Shown here one piece after another: positions 18,655 through 28,995 of a DNA stretch of 64,000 nt. Source of the stretch: Candidatus Poriferihabitaceae bacterium (GTDB lineage Bacteria > Pseudomonadota > Gammaproteobacteria > Arenicellales > Poriferihabitantaceae); the NCBI GenBank assembly GCA_965213885.1, contig OZ243919.1, positions 732,692 to 796,691 on the forward strand. The letters are read 5' to 3'. A program made the position numbers and the translations under genes. How positions within the stretch are numbered: the stretch's first letter is position 1; every line of letters begins with the position of its first letter. The notes under the pieces are model-generated. The model ran no database searches, had not been told where the DNA came from, and saw only the letters and a program-made list of their open reading frames with translations.

Positions 18655-19575
18655 TCAGGCGGTGGGGTGGAACGGCTTGCCGATACAGGCCGGAGCATTG
18701 CGCTTGATCTTGTTTTGGTCCCGGGAAATGAGCACCAGCACAAGGATAGTGGCGAGATAGGGCAGCATGGACATCACCTGGGAGGGGATGCCCACCCCGA
18801 ACGCCTGGGCATGGAGCTGCAGGATGGTGATGCCGCCGAAGAGATACGCCCCCACCAGCACCCGCCAGGGTCGCCAGGTGGCAAATACCACCAGTGCCAG
18901 GGCGATCCAGCCCCGACCCGCGCTCATGTTCTCGATCCAAAGCGGTGAGTAGGCGAGGGAAAGGTAGGCACCCGCGATTCCTGCCATGGCGCCGCCGAAC
19001 AGGATGGCGAAAAACCGGATTCTGAGGACGGAATAGCCGATGGCATGGGCGGCATCGTGGGAATCGCCCACGGCACGCAGGACCAGGCCGGGCCGGGTAC
19101 GGCCGAGGAACCAGACCACCGCTAAGACCACGACGAAGGATCCGTAGACCAGGATATCGTGGTTGAACAGCAGCGGACCGATCAGCGGAATGTCCGACAG
19201 GAGCGGAACGGCGAGTTTGGGCAGACCTTCATAGGCCACCCCCACAAGGCTCTGCCCCCAAAGGGCGCTGAGGCCGATGCCGAAAATGGTCAGGGCGAGG
19301 CCGGTGGCCACCTGGCTGGACTGCAGTCCCAGCACCAGTACGCCGAAGATGGCGGCCATCCCGGCCCCCGCGAGGATGCCTGCCAGGATCCCGAGAAAGA
19401 CACTGTCGGTATGGTGCACCGTGGCGAATGCCACCACCGCGCCCACCAGCATCATCCCCTCCACACCCAGATTGAGCACCCCGGATTTTTCCGTCACCAT
19501 CTCGCCGATGGCGGCGAACAGGAGCGGTGTGGCCGCAGTGATGATCGTCAACAGGGTAGGGATCAGGATTTCCAT
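18655..19575 (-). CDS. ABC transporter permease (BMP/nucleoside-type uptake system)
   Basis: 306-aa polytopic membrane protein of the branched-chain/simple-sugar permease fold. Its ATG overlaps the upstream permease stop (ATGA). Confidence 0.9.
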   Translation of the reverse strand: MEILIPTLLTIITAATPLLFAAIGEMVTEKSGVLNLGVEGMMLVGAVVAFATVHHTDSVFLGILAGILAGAGMAAIFGVLVLGLQSSQVATGLALTIFGIGLSALWGQSLVGVAYEGLPKLAVPLLSDIPLIGPLLFNHDILVYGSFVVVLAVVWFLGRTRPGLVLRAVGDSHDAAHAIGYSVLRIRFFAILFGGAMAGIAGAYLSLAYSPLWIENMSAGRGWIALALVVFATWRPWRVLVGAYLFGGITILQLHAQAFGVGIPSQVMSMLPYLATILVLVLISRDQNKIKRNAPACIGKPFHPTA

Positions 19576-20654
19576 CAGGACTCCCGGACCGCGACGGATG
19601 TAGCCGGCCGGATGCGGTAGTGGATCAGCACGTCACAGGCAAGCAGGAAAAACAGCAGCATGCCCTGGAACACTCCGGTGACCGCAAGGGGCAGGTTGAG
19701 GGTGATCTGGGCGGATTCGCCGCCGAGATAGCTGAGCGCCACCAGGTGGCCCGCCAGCAGGACACCCACCGGGTGCAGGCGTCCGACGAAGGCGACGATG
19801 ATGGCGGTAAAGCCATAGCCGGGGGAAATGGAAGGTTGGAGCAGGCCGATGGGTCCCGCTACTTCCACCAGTCCGGCAAGTCCCGCGGCCCCACCGCTCA
19901 GCATCAGGGTGAACCAGATGACCCGGTTGATGCTGAAACCGGCGTAACGGCCTGCCGCCGGCGCTTCACCGATGACCTTGACCTGGAATCCGATGATGGT
20001 GTGCGCCATGAGCACCCAGGCACCCGCCCCCGCCGCCAGGGCCAGCAGCCAGCCGAAGTGCAGCCGGGTGCCATCCAGGATCATCGGCAGCGTGGCAGAA
20101 TCGTTGAACACCCGGGACTCGGGAAAATTGAAGCCATCCGGGTCCCGCCAGGGGCCGTGAACGAGGTAGCTGAGGAACAGGGTAGCGACGTAGGTCAGCA
20201 TCAGGCTGACCAGGATCTCGTTGGCGTTGAATCGGGTGCGCAGGAAGGCCGGGATCGCGGCCCAGGCCATGCCTCCGAGAATGCCGCAAATGATCATCAG
20301 CGGCAGGATCCAGAAACCCTCGGTATCATGGAGCCACAGGGCGATGCCGCCGCCGCAGATGGCACCCAGGGTCAGCTGGCCCTCGGCGCCGATGTTCCAG
20401 ACCCCGGCGCGAAAACCGACGGACAGCGCCATCGCGATCAGCACCAGCGGTGTGGCCTTCACTCCAAGTTCGCCCCAGCCGTAGAGGGAGGTGAGCGGCT
20501 CGATGAAAAAGGCATACAGTGCCTCGCTGGGATTCGCGCCCATGAACATGAACAGGACGATGCCCGACAGGAGGGTCAAGGCCAGCGCGATCAGCGGCGA
20601 CAGGAGTGTCATGGTCCGGGACGCCTCGGGGCGTTTGACCAGTTTAATCAGCAT
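19575..20654 (-). CDS. ABC transporter permease (BMP/nucleoside-type uptake system)
   Basis: 359 aa from ATG 20654 (MLIKLVKRPEASR...). The ORF-track start at 20804 runs out of frame over the ATPase gene. It overlaps the ATPase stop by 11 nt. Confidence 0.88.
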   Translation of the reverse strand: MLIKLVKRPEASRTMTLLSPLIALALTLLSGIVLFMFMGANPSEALYAFFIEPLTSLYGWGELGVKATPLVLIAMALSVGFRAGVWNIGAEGQLTLGAICGGGIALWLHDTEGFWILPLMIICGILGGMAWAAIPAFLRTRFNANEILVSLMLTYVATLFLSYLVHGPWRDPDGFNFPESRVFNDSATLPMILDGTRLHFGWLLALAAGAGAWVLMAHTIIGFQVKVIGEAPAAGRYAGFSINRVIWFTLMLSGGAAGLAGLVEVAGPIGLLQPSISPGYGFTAIIVAFVGRLHPVGVLLAGHLVALSYLGGESAQITLNLPLAVTGVFQGMLLFFLLACDVLIHYRIRPATSVAVRES

Positions 20655-22203
20655 GGCCCAACTCCGCGGCGTGTTCGAGAGATTCTGCTCCGGCCATGAG
20701 CAGGCCGATCTGTTCCATGGTGACCCCGTCCACCGGGTAGGTCCTGGATACGGCCCCGGCACAGATGGCGGCGATGCGATCGCTGATCTGCATGAGTTCG
20801 TCAAGATCCTGGGATATCACCAGTACCGCGGTGCCCGCGGCAGCAAGATCCCGCAGGGCGTCATGGATGGCGCGGGCGGCCCCGGCGTCCACCCCCCAGG
20901 TAGGCTGGGATACCACCAGGAGTTCCGGGTTCTGGCGAATCTCCCGCCCGACGATGAACTTCTGCAGGTTGCCCCCGGACAGACTCTCCGCAGGCGCCTG
21001 AGCACCGTTGGCCTTGACTCGGAACCGATCAATGATTTCGTCGGTGAACCGGTCACAGGCACCGCGGTTGATGAAGCCACCGGAGAGCAGCCCGAGACGG
21101 AGGAAGGACGTCAGGAGGCTGTTCTCGGACAGGCTCAAACTGGGCACCGCGCCGTGGCCGAGGCGTTCCTCGGGAATGGACGAAAGGCCCATCAGTCGCC
21201 GTACATTGGGACCCCGGTTGCCGCAGGGTTTTCCGTCAATCCGGACCTGCCCGGCTTCCACCGTGACTTCCCCGCTGATTGCCTGGCGGAATTCATCCTG
21301 TCCGTTGCCGGCGACTCCCGCGATACCGAGGATTTCCCCGGCGCGCACCTCGAGGCTGATGTCCCTGAGCGGGATGCCGAATTCGTTCGCTGACGAGACG
21401 TCGAGACGGTCCAGGGCCAGGCGGACCTCTCCGGGAGTGTGTGCTTTCGGTTCGGGCTCTGCTGCCAGTGCCGCGCCCATCATCTTTGCCGCGAGTGTGT
21501 GCGGTGTTTCGTGCTCGACCGCCACCGAATCCACCACCCGCCCTCCGCGCAGGATGGTCGCGTGGCTGCACAGCGCCTTGATTTCGTCGAGCTTGTGGCT
21601 GATGTAGAGAATCGCCATGCCCTCGGCGGCGAGCTGGCGCAGGGTTTCGAACAGCTTCTCCACTTCCTGCGGGGTCAGTACCGAGGTCGGCTCGTCCATG
21701 ACCAGGAGCCCCGGATTCTGCAACAGGCAGCGGATGATCTCGATGCGCTGACGTTCCCCCACGGACAGGGTGTAGACGTATCGGTCTGGATCCAGCGGCA
21801 GACCGTAGTGCTTGGAAATCTCGGTGATTTCCCTGCGCAGTTCGGCACTGTTCTCCCGTTTGTCCATGCCGAGCACGATATTCTCGAACACCGTCAGGGA
21901 ATCAAACAGCGAGAAATGCTGGAATACCATGGCAATGCCCAGGCTGCGGGCATAGGCCGGGCTGGTGATCGAAACCCGCTGGCCCTTCCAGAAGATGTCC
22001 CCGGCATCGGGTTTCAGGATGCCGTAGATCATTTTCACCAGGGTGGACTTGCCAGCCCCGTTCTCGCCGAGGAGGGCATGAATCTCACCCGATCCCAAGG
22101 TAAGGTGCACGTCGTCGTTGGCAAGCACGCCGGGGAACGACCGTGACATACCACGAAGCGCAAGCAGGTGATCGGACGGTGTATCCTCGTTGATTCCGGT
22201 CAT
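20644..22203 (-). CDS. ABC transporter ATP-binding protein with duplicated ATPase domains
   Basis: 519 aa with Walker A GENGAGKST, signature LSVGERQR and a second degenerate cassette (LSGGNLQK). It is the first gene of the 8-gene operon. Confidence 0.93.
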   Translation of the reverse strand: MTGINEDTPSDHLLALRGMSRSFPGVLANDDVHLTLGSGEIHALLGENGAGKSTLVKMIYGILKPDAGDIFWKGQRVSITSPAYARSLGIAMVFQHFSLFDSLTVFENIVLGMDKRENSAELRREITEISKHYGLPLDPDRYVYTLSVGERQRIEIIRCLLQNPGLLVMDEPTSVLTPQEVEKLFETLRQLAAEGMAILYISHKLDEIKALCSHATILRGGRVVDSVAVEHETPHTLAAKMMGAALAAEPEPKAHTPGEVRLALDRLDVSSANEFGIPLRDISLEVRAGEILGIAGVAGNGQDEFRQAISGEVTVEAGQVRIDGKPCGNRGPNVRRLMGLSSIPEERLGHGAVPSLSLSENSLLTSFLRLGLLSGGFINRGACDRFTDEIIDRFRVKANGAQAPAESLSGGNLQKFIVGREIRQNPELLVVSQPTWGVDAGAARAIHDALRDLAAAGTAVLVISQDLDELMQISDRIAAICAGAVSRTYPVDGVTMEQIGLLMAGAESLEHAAELGHAD

Positions 22204-22221
22204 GACGGGCTGTTGAAAAAG

Positions 22222-22237
22222 CTGACCAAATAGTCAG
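22222..22237. promoter_or_regulatory. RutR-type operator, copy 1 (CTGACCAAATAGTCAG)
   Basis: It lies 18 nt upstream of the ABC ATPase ATG. The 16-mer is identical to the one at 28996-29011 and near-identical to 37213-37228, and fits TTGACCAnnTGGTCAA-type RutR boxes. Confidence 0.6.
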
Positions 22238-22566
22238 AACTCTGCAAGTGTAGGTAAAATCCGGCCGGATTTCAACGGCGGGTTGAAACCGTTTTGACCC
22301 AGCCTGGTATTGTCCCTTTTTGTATTCAGGGGGTGATGGCGAGGGGGACGATCTCGACGAGTCATCAGGCACTTGGCCCAGCGTCTTTTGCCCTCCCTGA
22401 TGAGGCGGACTTCGTCAACAAGGTGCTTGAGGCGGTATTGATGCGTTCGGCGAGCTGTCTTCACTTCCAGTGCATCCTGGATGCGCCGAATGGCGATGCC
22501 CTCCGGATGGGCGGGCACCACCGCTTCAATGGCCTGCAATTCCAGCTCAGCTATGGGCCTTGCCAT
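22234..22566 (-). CDS. Small winged-helix ORF, probably a truncated remnant
   Basis: The first ~65 aa look like a DeoR/Fic-associated wHTH (...IRRIQDALEVKTARRTHQYRLKHLVDEVRLIREGKRRWAK). The remaining ~45 aa are low-complexity read-through into the operon promoter, and the stop lies inside operator copy 1. Confidence 0.3.
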   Translation of the reverse strand: MARPIAELELQAIEAVVPAHPEGIAIRRIQDALEVKTARRTHQYRLKHLVDEVRLIREGKRRWAKCLMTRRDRPPRHHPLNTKRDNTRLGQNGFNPPLKSGRILPTLAEF

Positions 22567-23036
22567 CTCACTCTATCCTGCGCATAGACGATATACGCAA
22601 TTTAACCACTTCTATGCGCAACTTTTTATCATATGCACAATCATCATTGCACATAGAAGGATTTGGTTGCGTTCAGGCGAATGGTTGCGCATGGGAACAA
22701 TGCGCAGCATGCCGGGCGATCGGCTGATCCAGCCCAGAGAAACGGATGACAGTTCCTTCGTCAATCCCATCATGCCGCACTCTGGTATTGACACTGCTGC
22801 TGTTGACGGATGCGGATCCGAAAACCATCACAACCTATTGAAAAGAATAATGTATTCGAGGGTCTTGTTGATTCCGGATTGCAGCCGAATGGGAGCAATA
22901 CCAAATTGGGCTGACATGACGCGTTGAAGCCGTATCGGTGGCAATGCTCCATCCCGAACGGGAGACGGGGCGGACATGCTATTCACGGTGCGGGCGACTT
23001 TCCTGTCCGGTCGGTCGCATGACCGGGATCTGGCGG

Positions 23037-24392
23037 TTATCCTGCAGCATGTTTACGGGGTGGCGCAAACATCGTTTCCATCTCGCGGCGGACCCGCATT
23101 GCCTGCATCCCGGACGGCGCCTCGACATCGTTCCAGGTGAGCGGCGTGTCGCGCGAAACCGCGTTCTTCAACGTAACCTCGTTGGCAAGGCCGATCGGCA
23201 GGCCGCCAGCTGCAAGGCTGTCGGCAGCGGGCATCAGCCGGCCGTAGACCGTGTAGCCGCCTTCGCCGTCGAGGCGATCGCCGGGCTCCAGGTCCCGCTT
23301 GGCGGCTGCGACCACGTCGCCGCGGAAACCGTCGGCCTGGCCTGTGGGCTCGCCGCGCAGGGCGGCGGAAGCAACCGAGATGCCGAGCTCCAGCCCGATC
23401 AGGTGGTAGGGTTTCCAGAGCGCGGAGTAACGGCCGGTCGCATCGGTCAGAAGCCCGTACTCCCGGAAACAGGTTCTGACATAGGCGCTCGGCGCCTCGA
23501 ATGTCACGAACACGCCCCAGCGCAGGTCGCCGGTGACATGCCGGCCGTCTCTCTCCTCCGAAGAGATCACCTCGACCTGACCCTTGTGGTGCAGTGCCCC
23601 CCCTTCGGACTGCGGGCGCATGACGTGAGGCAGGTCATGCACGCCACAGGGCGGGAAGGAGAGTCCGGCCGGCGCCGGTGTCAGCCCGGTGGCATTGGCC
23701 ACGGCGGCCATCTCGATGGCCGACTTGGTCCCGTCGAGGAAGGAATTGAACATCTGCGCGTTCATGCCGCCCGCCCGGGCCTCCTCCGGTGTGAGCCCGT
23801 AATGCTGCCAGACATCGTCGGGCGTGACGTGGTGATAGCCGTCGAGATACTTTGTGCCTTTTCCGGCGGCAACCACTTCGAAACCCGAGGCGCGCGCCCA
23901 GTCGACCTGCTCGGCGATCAGCGCCGGCTGGTCGCCGTAGGCCATCGAGTAGACCACGCCTGCCCGGCGTGCCCGTTCGGCGAGCAGGGGGCCCGCCAGC
24001 GCATCGGCCTCGACATTGACCATGATGATGTGCCTGCCATGCTCGATCGCGGACAGCGCATGCGCAATGCCGGCGGCCGGATTGCCGGTTGCATCGATCA
24101 CCACGTCGAGCCCGTCGGCTGCAATCAGTGCCATCGGGTCGTCGGTGACATGGGTCGTACCGGCCCTTCGGGCCGCGTCGAAGCCGTCGGCTGAAGTGTC
24201 GTAGCCGCCGACCCGTGCGCAGGCGGCGTGCGCGCGGTCCGGGTCCAGATCGGCAAGGGACATCAGGTGAATGCCAGGCGTGCGTGTGGCCTGGGATAGA
24301 TACATGGTGCCGAACTTGCCGGCGCCGACCAACCCGACTCGGACCGGGTTTCCGGCCTCGGAACGGTCAAGCAGCATTCGATACAGGTTCAT
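23037..24392 (-). CDS. NAD(P)-dependent oxidoreductase with C-terminal SAF domain (COG4091-like)
   Basis: 451 aa with an N-terminal Rossmann motif VGLVGAGKFG. The homoserine-dehydrogenase-like core and the C-terminal SAF-like segment (LEPGDRLDGEGGYTVYG) fit this family as I recall it. Confidence 0.78.
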   Translation of the reverse strand: MNLYRMLLDRSEAGNPVRVGLVGAGKFGTMYLSQATRTPGIHLMSLADLDPDRAHAACARVGGYDTSADGFDAARRAGTTHVTDDPMALIAADGLDVVIDATGNPAAGIAHALSAIEHGRHIIMVNVEADALAGPLLAERARRAGVVYSMAYGDQPALIAEQVDWARASGFEVVAAGKGTKYLDGYHHVTPDDVWQHYGLTPEEARAGGMNAQMFNSFLDGTKSAIEMAAVANATGLTPAPAGLSFPPCGVHDLPHVMRPQSEGGALHHKGQVEVISSEERDGRHVTGDLRWGVFVTFEAPSAYVRTCFREYGLLTDATGRYSALWKPYHLIGLELGISVASAALRGEPTGQADGFRGDVVAAAKRDLEPGDRLDGEGGYTVYGRLMPAADSLAAGGLPIGLANEVTLKNAVSRDTPLTWNDVEAPSGMQAMRVRREMETMFAPPRKHAAG

Positions 24393-24679
24393 GCGGATAC
24401 CAATTCGGTGTGCGGGTCCAGACCATCATCGTCCGCCAGGGCGACATCGTCGTCCCAGCCGGACGCAAGATAAACCGAATGAAAGGGCCTGTCGAGTATG
24501 GGTTCCGATGGCTTCCGATCCGGCCGGGTTGATACCGGAATCTGCACGGCGCAGCGGGACGGTTGCCCTGGTTCTGGGGAATGTCCGCAATCTGTCGCCC
24601 CGGTCCGGTCAGCGGGTCAATCCCGCGTATGCCCTGAAAGGAGGTGGCAGGCAGCTGCGGCGGGCTACCTCGAATGGTC

Positions 24680-25432
24680 CTACCCGAGACCCAGTGCAGC
24701 ATTGACGAGGATGTAGATTCCGAGCCCCAGCACGGCAAGGAAGAAAACCCGGCGGAAACGGGCCTCGGACAGACGCCGGCGTACCGACTGCCCGAGCGCC
24801 ATGCCGAGGAAGGCCGGCAGCAGGGCGGCAGTCGAGGTGAGGCCGAGTTCCCCGTCGAGCAGGCCGTGACCCCGGAGCGAGAGGGCCAGGGCTACAGTCG
24901 AGACGGTGAACAGCATCCCCATTGCCTGCACCAGTGCATCCCGGTCGAGGCCGATCGCCTGCAGATAGAGCACGCCCGGCACGACGAAAGAACCGGTCAT
25001 CCCGGTGAGAATGCCGTTCATTGTGCCGAAGGCCGGTCCGGCCCAGGTCTGCCAGTGTGCCGGGACCGAGATCCCCACCCCCGCGAGGCCCTGCACGGCA
25101 TAGGCCGCGAGAAGAATACCGAGGAGGCCGGAAAGCAGTGCGAGATCAGCGCTGACGAGCGCTGCCGCGCCGATCCAGATGGTAACGGCCGCGGCGGCAA
25201 GAAACGGCCAGAGCCGGCGAACCAGCATCCGGCCGTTGCCGCCGACCACTGCCTGCAGGAGATTGGTGGCAAGGGACGGCACAACCATCAGCGCCATGGC
25301 AGTGGTGAGGTCAAAAGCGGCCGTCAAAAGACCGAGGCTCACGGTCGGGAGCCCCAGTCCAACCACTCCCTTTACCGCGCCCGCGAGAAGGAAAACGGAA
25401 AAGATCAGTGCGATGGAGCCGGGTTCTGGCAT
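24680..25432 (-). CDS. TauE/SafE-family anion exporter-like membrane protein
   Basis: 250 aa from ATG 25432 with about 8 hydrophobic helices and Gly-rich TauE-type repeats (LLAGAVKGVVGLGLP; MNGILTGMTGSFVVP). Confidence 0.85.
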   Translation of the reverse strand: MPEPGSIALIFSVFLLAGAVKGVVGLGLPTVSLGLLTAAFDLTTAMALMVVPSLATNLLQAVVGGNGRMLVRRLWPFLAAAAVTIWIGAAALVSADLALLSGLLGILLAAYAVQGLAGVGISVPAHWQTWAGPAFGTMNGILTGMTGSFVVPGVLYLQAIGLDRDALVQAMGMLFTVSTVALALSLRGHGLLDGELGLTSTAALLPAFLGMALGQSVRRRLSEARFRRVFFLAVLGLGIYILVNAALGLG

Positions 25433-25728
25433 GGCAAAGATTGTCAGCCGGAATGTCGGAACCGCTGCAACGACGTACTGGTCATGAACAGGATTGGGGT
25501 TGCCCCGTACCCCGCCTGCAATACCGGTTCCGGCAGGGGTGCCAAGCGGGAAACAAGAACGGTCATTCTGTACAAGGGAGCCCGTGCCCGTGGGCTGATT
25601 CGTTTGCGCCCATGCTATGTGCTCCCGTAACTTCCCGTACGGGGCCATGGGTCTTTCCGGGACTCAAAAGTACATCGGCAATGACCATCGCTCATTCGGT
25701 ACTGGGTTCAAGGATGTGAATATACAGA

Positions 25729-26112
25729 TTATGCGATGCTGAGTTCCGTGTAGCGGGCCAAAACATCATAATCCCTGTCAAGATGCAGTACCGGCACATC
25801 GGCGCGGATCGCGATTGCAGCGATCAGGCAGTCAACCGGTCGACGTACAGTTTCACCTTCCCGGCGGCAGCGACGGAACAATGTTGCGGCTTCCTCGTAG
25901 TGTACGGGGTCTGTAGGAAGAACGACTGCCCGAGCCAGCAGGCGACGGAGTAGATTGAGATGGCCATCATCACGCGCCCCGGCGAGCACTTCCATCCGGA
26001 CCGCATCGCAGATTGCGATCTCGCCATCAAGTTCGATGTCAACGCGACGGCAGACGGCCGAACCGGTGTCACGAAGGAATTCGATCCAGGCCGAGGTGTC
26101 GATCAGGATCAC
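25729..26112 (-). CDS. vapC: PIN-domain toxin VapC
   Basis: 127 aa. It has the PIN N-terminus [13 protein letters not shown] plus conserved acidic residues, and overlaps vapB by 4 nt. Confidence 0.9.
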   Translation of the reverse strand: MILIDTSAWIEFLRDTGSAVCRRVDIELDGEIAICDAVRMEVLAGARDDGHLNLLRRLLARAVVLPTDPVHYEEAATLFRRCRREGETVRRPVDCLIAAIAIRADVPVLHLDRDYDVLARYTELSIA

Positions 26113-26312
26113 GTCGTGCGGCTGCTGCGCATCTCTTCCAGGGTTCCCTCCCAGCCCGAACCCCGAAGGCGTCTGGCTTCTTCGGGTCCCAGGGGCTCAG
26201 CAGCGAGAGAACGCAAGGCAAGATTGACCGCCTCGCGCTTGGTATTCAGCCGGTAGCGGCGCATGACCTCGGCGCAGGCATCATCATCAATATCGATATT
26301 GGTGCGCGACAT
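26109..26312 (-). CDS. vapB: VapB-family antitoxin
   Basis: 67 aa from ATG 26312. [36 protein letters not shown] is the typical VapB (DUF2191-type) N-terminus. Confidence 0.85.
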   Translation of the reverse strand: MSRTNIDIDDDACAEVMRRYRLNTKREAVNLALRSLAAEPLGPEEARRLRGSGWEGTLEEMRSSRTT

Positions 26313-26583
26313 ACACCAATAATACACCATACTTCGGAGACAAGTGTGGTTCGCCGCCCAGCCGATGCCGGGAAATTCACACCTGCGGCATGTGCGTCAT
26401 CAATTGCGGAGCGTCCTGACCGGCACTGTTGTGCCGGTTACGGTCATTTCCGGATTGGCATACGGCGACCGGTCATTTCACTGCAGACGAGACGGAAACT
26501 GGAGTCTGGATACAATTGCGTGAGTGAAACACATGTCACGGAAAGGAAGTACACTTCGGGGCCTTTCACGACCGGATTCAATC

Positions 26584-27942
26584 ATGCAACCGTCAAATCG
26601 CCGCATCTGGTTAAGGAACCCGCTGGCTGTCCTTTCGGATGTCCCTGCGGACGGGGGTTTGGTGGTGGAAGGTGCGGTCATTTCTGAAGTGCTCGCGGCC
26701 GGGGAATCGCCCGCGGGGCCGGTGGACGAATCCATTGATGCGTCGGACTCGGTTGTACTGCCCGGGTTGATCAACACCCACCATCACTACTACCAGACCC
26801 TTACCAGGGCCTGCCCCCAGGCTTTGGACAAGGCGCTGTTCCCCTGGCTGAAAAGCCTGTACCCGATCTGGGCCGGTCTCGACCTTGAGATGGTGGAGGT
26901 GGCCACGGAACTGGCCTGCGCGGAACTCCTGCTGTCGGGCTGCACCACCAGCGCGGACCATCATTACCTCTTCCCTTCCGCTGCCGAATCCGCCATCGAT
27001 GCCCAGGTCATGGCCGTGCGGCGGATCGGGCAGCGCGCGGTGCTCACGCGGGGCTCCATGAGTCTCGGTGAGGACAAGGGGGGACTGCCGCCCGTGTCAG
27101 TGGTCCAGGACCAGGACGAGATCCTGGCGGATTCGGCGCGACTGGTGGATCGGTACCATGACCCTGCGCCCGGTTCGATGCTGCAGATCGCGCTTGCGCC
27201 CTGTTCGCCTTTCAGCGTGTCGCGGGAACTGATGATCGGGACGGCGACGCTGGCCCGGGACCGGGGCGTCCGGCTGCATACCCACCTTGCCGAAACGGAA
27301 GACGAGAACACCTATTGCGAGCGCGAGTACGGCATGCGGCCGCTGCACTACTTGGAATCCGTGGAATGGCTGGCGGATGATGTCTGGCTGGCCCACGGGA
27401 TTCACTTCAACGAGATGGAGATCGGCATGCTGGGAGAGGCGGGGATGAGTGTGACCCATTGCCCGAGTTCGAACATGCTGCTGGGTTCCGGACAGTGCCG
27501 CACCCTGGAACTGGAGCGCGCGGGTTGCCGGTTGGGTCTGGGGGTGGACGGCTCCGCCTCCAACGACAGCTCCAACATGGTACAGGAGGTCAGACAGGCT
27601 CTGCTGTTGCAGCGATTGCGCTATGGCGCGGCATCGGTGAGTCATCTGGACGCTCTGCGCTGGGCGACCAGTGGTTCCGCCGGTTGCCTTGGCAGGACCG
27701 ATATCGGGGCGATCACACCCGGCATGCAGGCGGACCTTGCCCTGTTTCGGCTGGATGAACCGAATTTTTCGGGTGCGGGGGATCCGTTAGCGGCGCTGGT
27801 GCTGTGCGGCGCCTGCAAAGCACACGACGTGATGGTTGCCGGAACCTGGCGGGTGCGGGCCGGGGAAATTCCCGGTCTTGACCTGGGCGCGCTGAAGGCA
27901 CGCCACGGGGAGTTGGCGCGTAGTCTGCAGGGGCTTGGCTGA
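26584..27942 (+). CDS. Amidohydrolase of the 8-oxoguanine deaminase / isoxanthopterin deaminase group
   Basis: 452 aa from ATG 26584 with metal-binding motifs INTHHHYYQ, HLAETEDE and GVDGSASND. Confidence 0.78.
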   Translation: MQPSNRRIWLRNPLAVLSDVPADGGLVVEGAVISEVLAAGESPAGPVDESIDASDSVVLPGLINTHHHYYQTLTRACPQALDKALFPWLKSLYPIWAGLDLEMVEVATELACAELLLSGCTTSADHHYLFPSAAESAIDAQVMAVRRIGQRAVLTRGSMSLGEDKGGLPPVSVVQDQDEILADSARLVDRYHDPAPGSMLQIALAPCSPFSVSRELMIGTATLARDRGVRLHTHLAETEDENTYCEREYGMRPLHYLESVEWLADDVWLAHGIHFNEMEIGMLGEAGMSVTHCPSSNMLLGSGQCRTLELERAGCRLGLGVDGSASNDSSNMVQEVRQALLLQRLRYGAASVSHLDALRWATSGSAGCLGRTDIGAITPGMQADLALFRLDEPNFSGAGDPLAALVLCGACKAHDVMVAGTWRVRAGEIPGLDLGALKARHGELARSLQGLG

Positions 27943-27992
27943 GCGGCTGCCGGCCCGCCCCGGAGATGGCATCTTTCGCGGGACGCTGCCCG

Positions 27993-28799
27993 TCAGCTGT
28001 CGTCCGGGTGCCCGAATTCGCAGAAAACGCCGCCGACAAATTCCACTCCCTCGGCAAACGGGTCGCCCGGTTCGGTCCTGGCTTCGACCCTCGCCCGGTA
28101 ATCCTCTGCGGAGTCCCGGGGCAGGTAGCCGACATGACGTACCTTTTCGTTGCTGAAGAACCGTTCGCGGTTGTCCGAGATGCCGTAGACCACGCAGTGG
28201 CCGATGCGCTCGGCCACAAGGCACCTCTCAACCAGCTGTACCAGGTCACGGAAACTCATCCAGGTCGACAGGTGACGCCGATCCGAGGGTTCCGGAAAGC
28301 AGGAATTGATGCGCAGCAGGGCCGACTCGATGCCGAACTTGTGGAAGTACATTGAGGCGAGATCCTCGACGAAGCACTTGGACACACCGTAGAGCGAATC
28401 CGGGCGGTGTGGCGTGTCTGTGTCCGCGCCTTCCTCCCGCCGCACGTATCCGACCGCATGGATGGAGCTGGCATAGACGATCCGCCTGATGCCGTGCCGG
28501 CGGGCCGCCTCGTATACGTGGTAGCCGCCCTTGATGGAGGACTCGAGGACTTCCGCCCAGGGTTTTTCCGTCGGGGCCGCCCCGAAATGCACGATGGCGT
28601 CGCAGCCCTCGACAATCCGCATGATGGCATCGAAGTCACCGAGTTCGGCGGGCATGATCTCCTCGTGGGGGGCGGCCTTGCCCATGTCCGCACGGTCAGT
28701 CAGCCGGAGCGTGGTGGCGAGCGGCGCCAGGCCCTCGCGCAGGACCCGGCCCAGGTTGCCGGCGGCGCCGGTGACCAGCAATCGGTTGAATCGGGGCAT
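27993..28799 (-). CDS. NAD-dependent epimerase/dehydratase-fold protein, uronate-dehydrogenase (Udh)-like
   Basis: 268 aa with LLVTGAAGNLG and the YGVSKCF catalytic motif. Overall it resembles Agrobacterium Udh as I recall it. Confidence 0.78.
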   Translation of the reverse strand: MPRFNRLLVTGAAGNLGRVLREGLAPLATTLRLTDRADMGKAAPHEEIMPAELGDFDAIMRIVEGCDAIVHFGAAPTEKPWAEVLESSIKGGYHVYEAARRHGIRRIVYASSIHAVGYVRREEGADTDTPHRPDSLYGVSKCFVEDLASMYFHKFGIESALLRINSCFPEPSDRRHLSTWMSFRDLVQLVERCLVAERIGHCVVYGISDNRERFFSNEKVRHVGYLPRDSAEDYRARVEARTEPGDPFAEGVEFVGGVFCEFGHPDDS

Positions 28800-28995
28800 G
28801 GCAGGTAACCGGACAGGTTCGGTTGTTGGTGAGCGCCGGATTCTGCGGGGTTATCACGACGGAGTCAAAGTGCAGTCTGCCGAAGAAACGGGTACGACGT
28901 GGACTTGCCTCTGCCAGGTCCGGTTCAACAGGCCGGGATGATCCTGGTCCGCCCGGAAGCGGCGTTGCACGCGACGCCGGGCGTCTGCTAGAATT

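Noticed and set aside
26419-26438. An 8-bp stem / 4-nt loop hairpin (ACCGGCAC TGTT GTGCCGGT) between vapB and the 8-oxoguanine deaminase gene.
   Set aside because: No T-tract follows on either strand, and it lies upstream of both divergent genes. It is therefore not a convincing terminator, and its function cannot be inferred.
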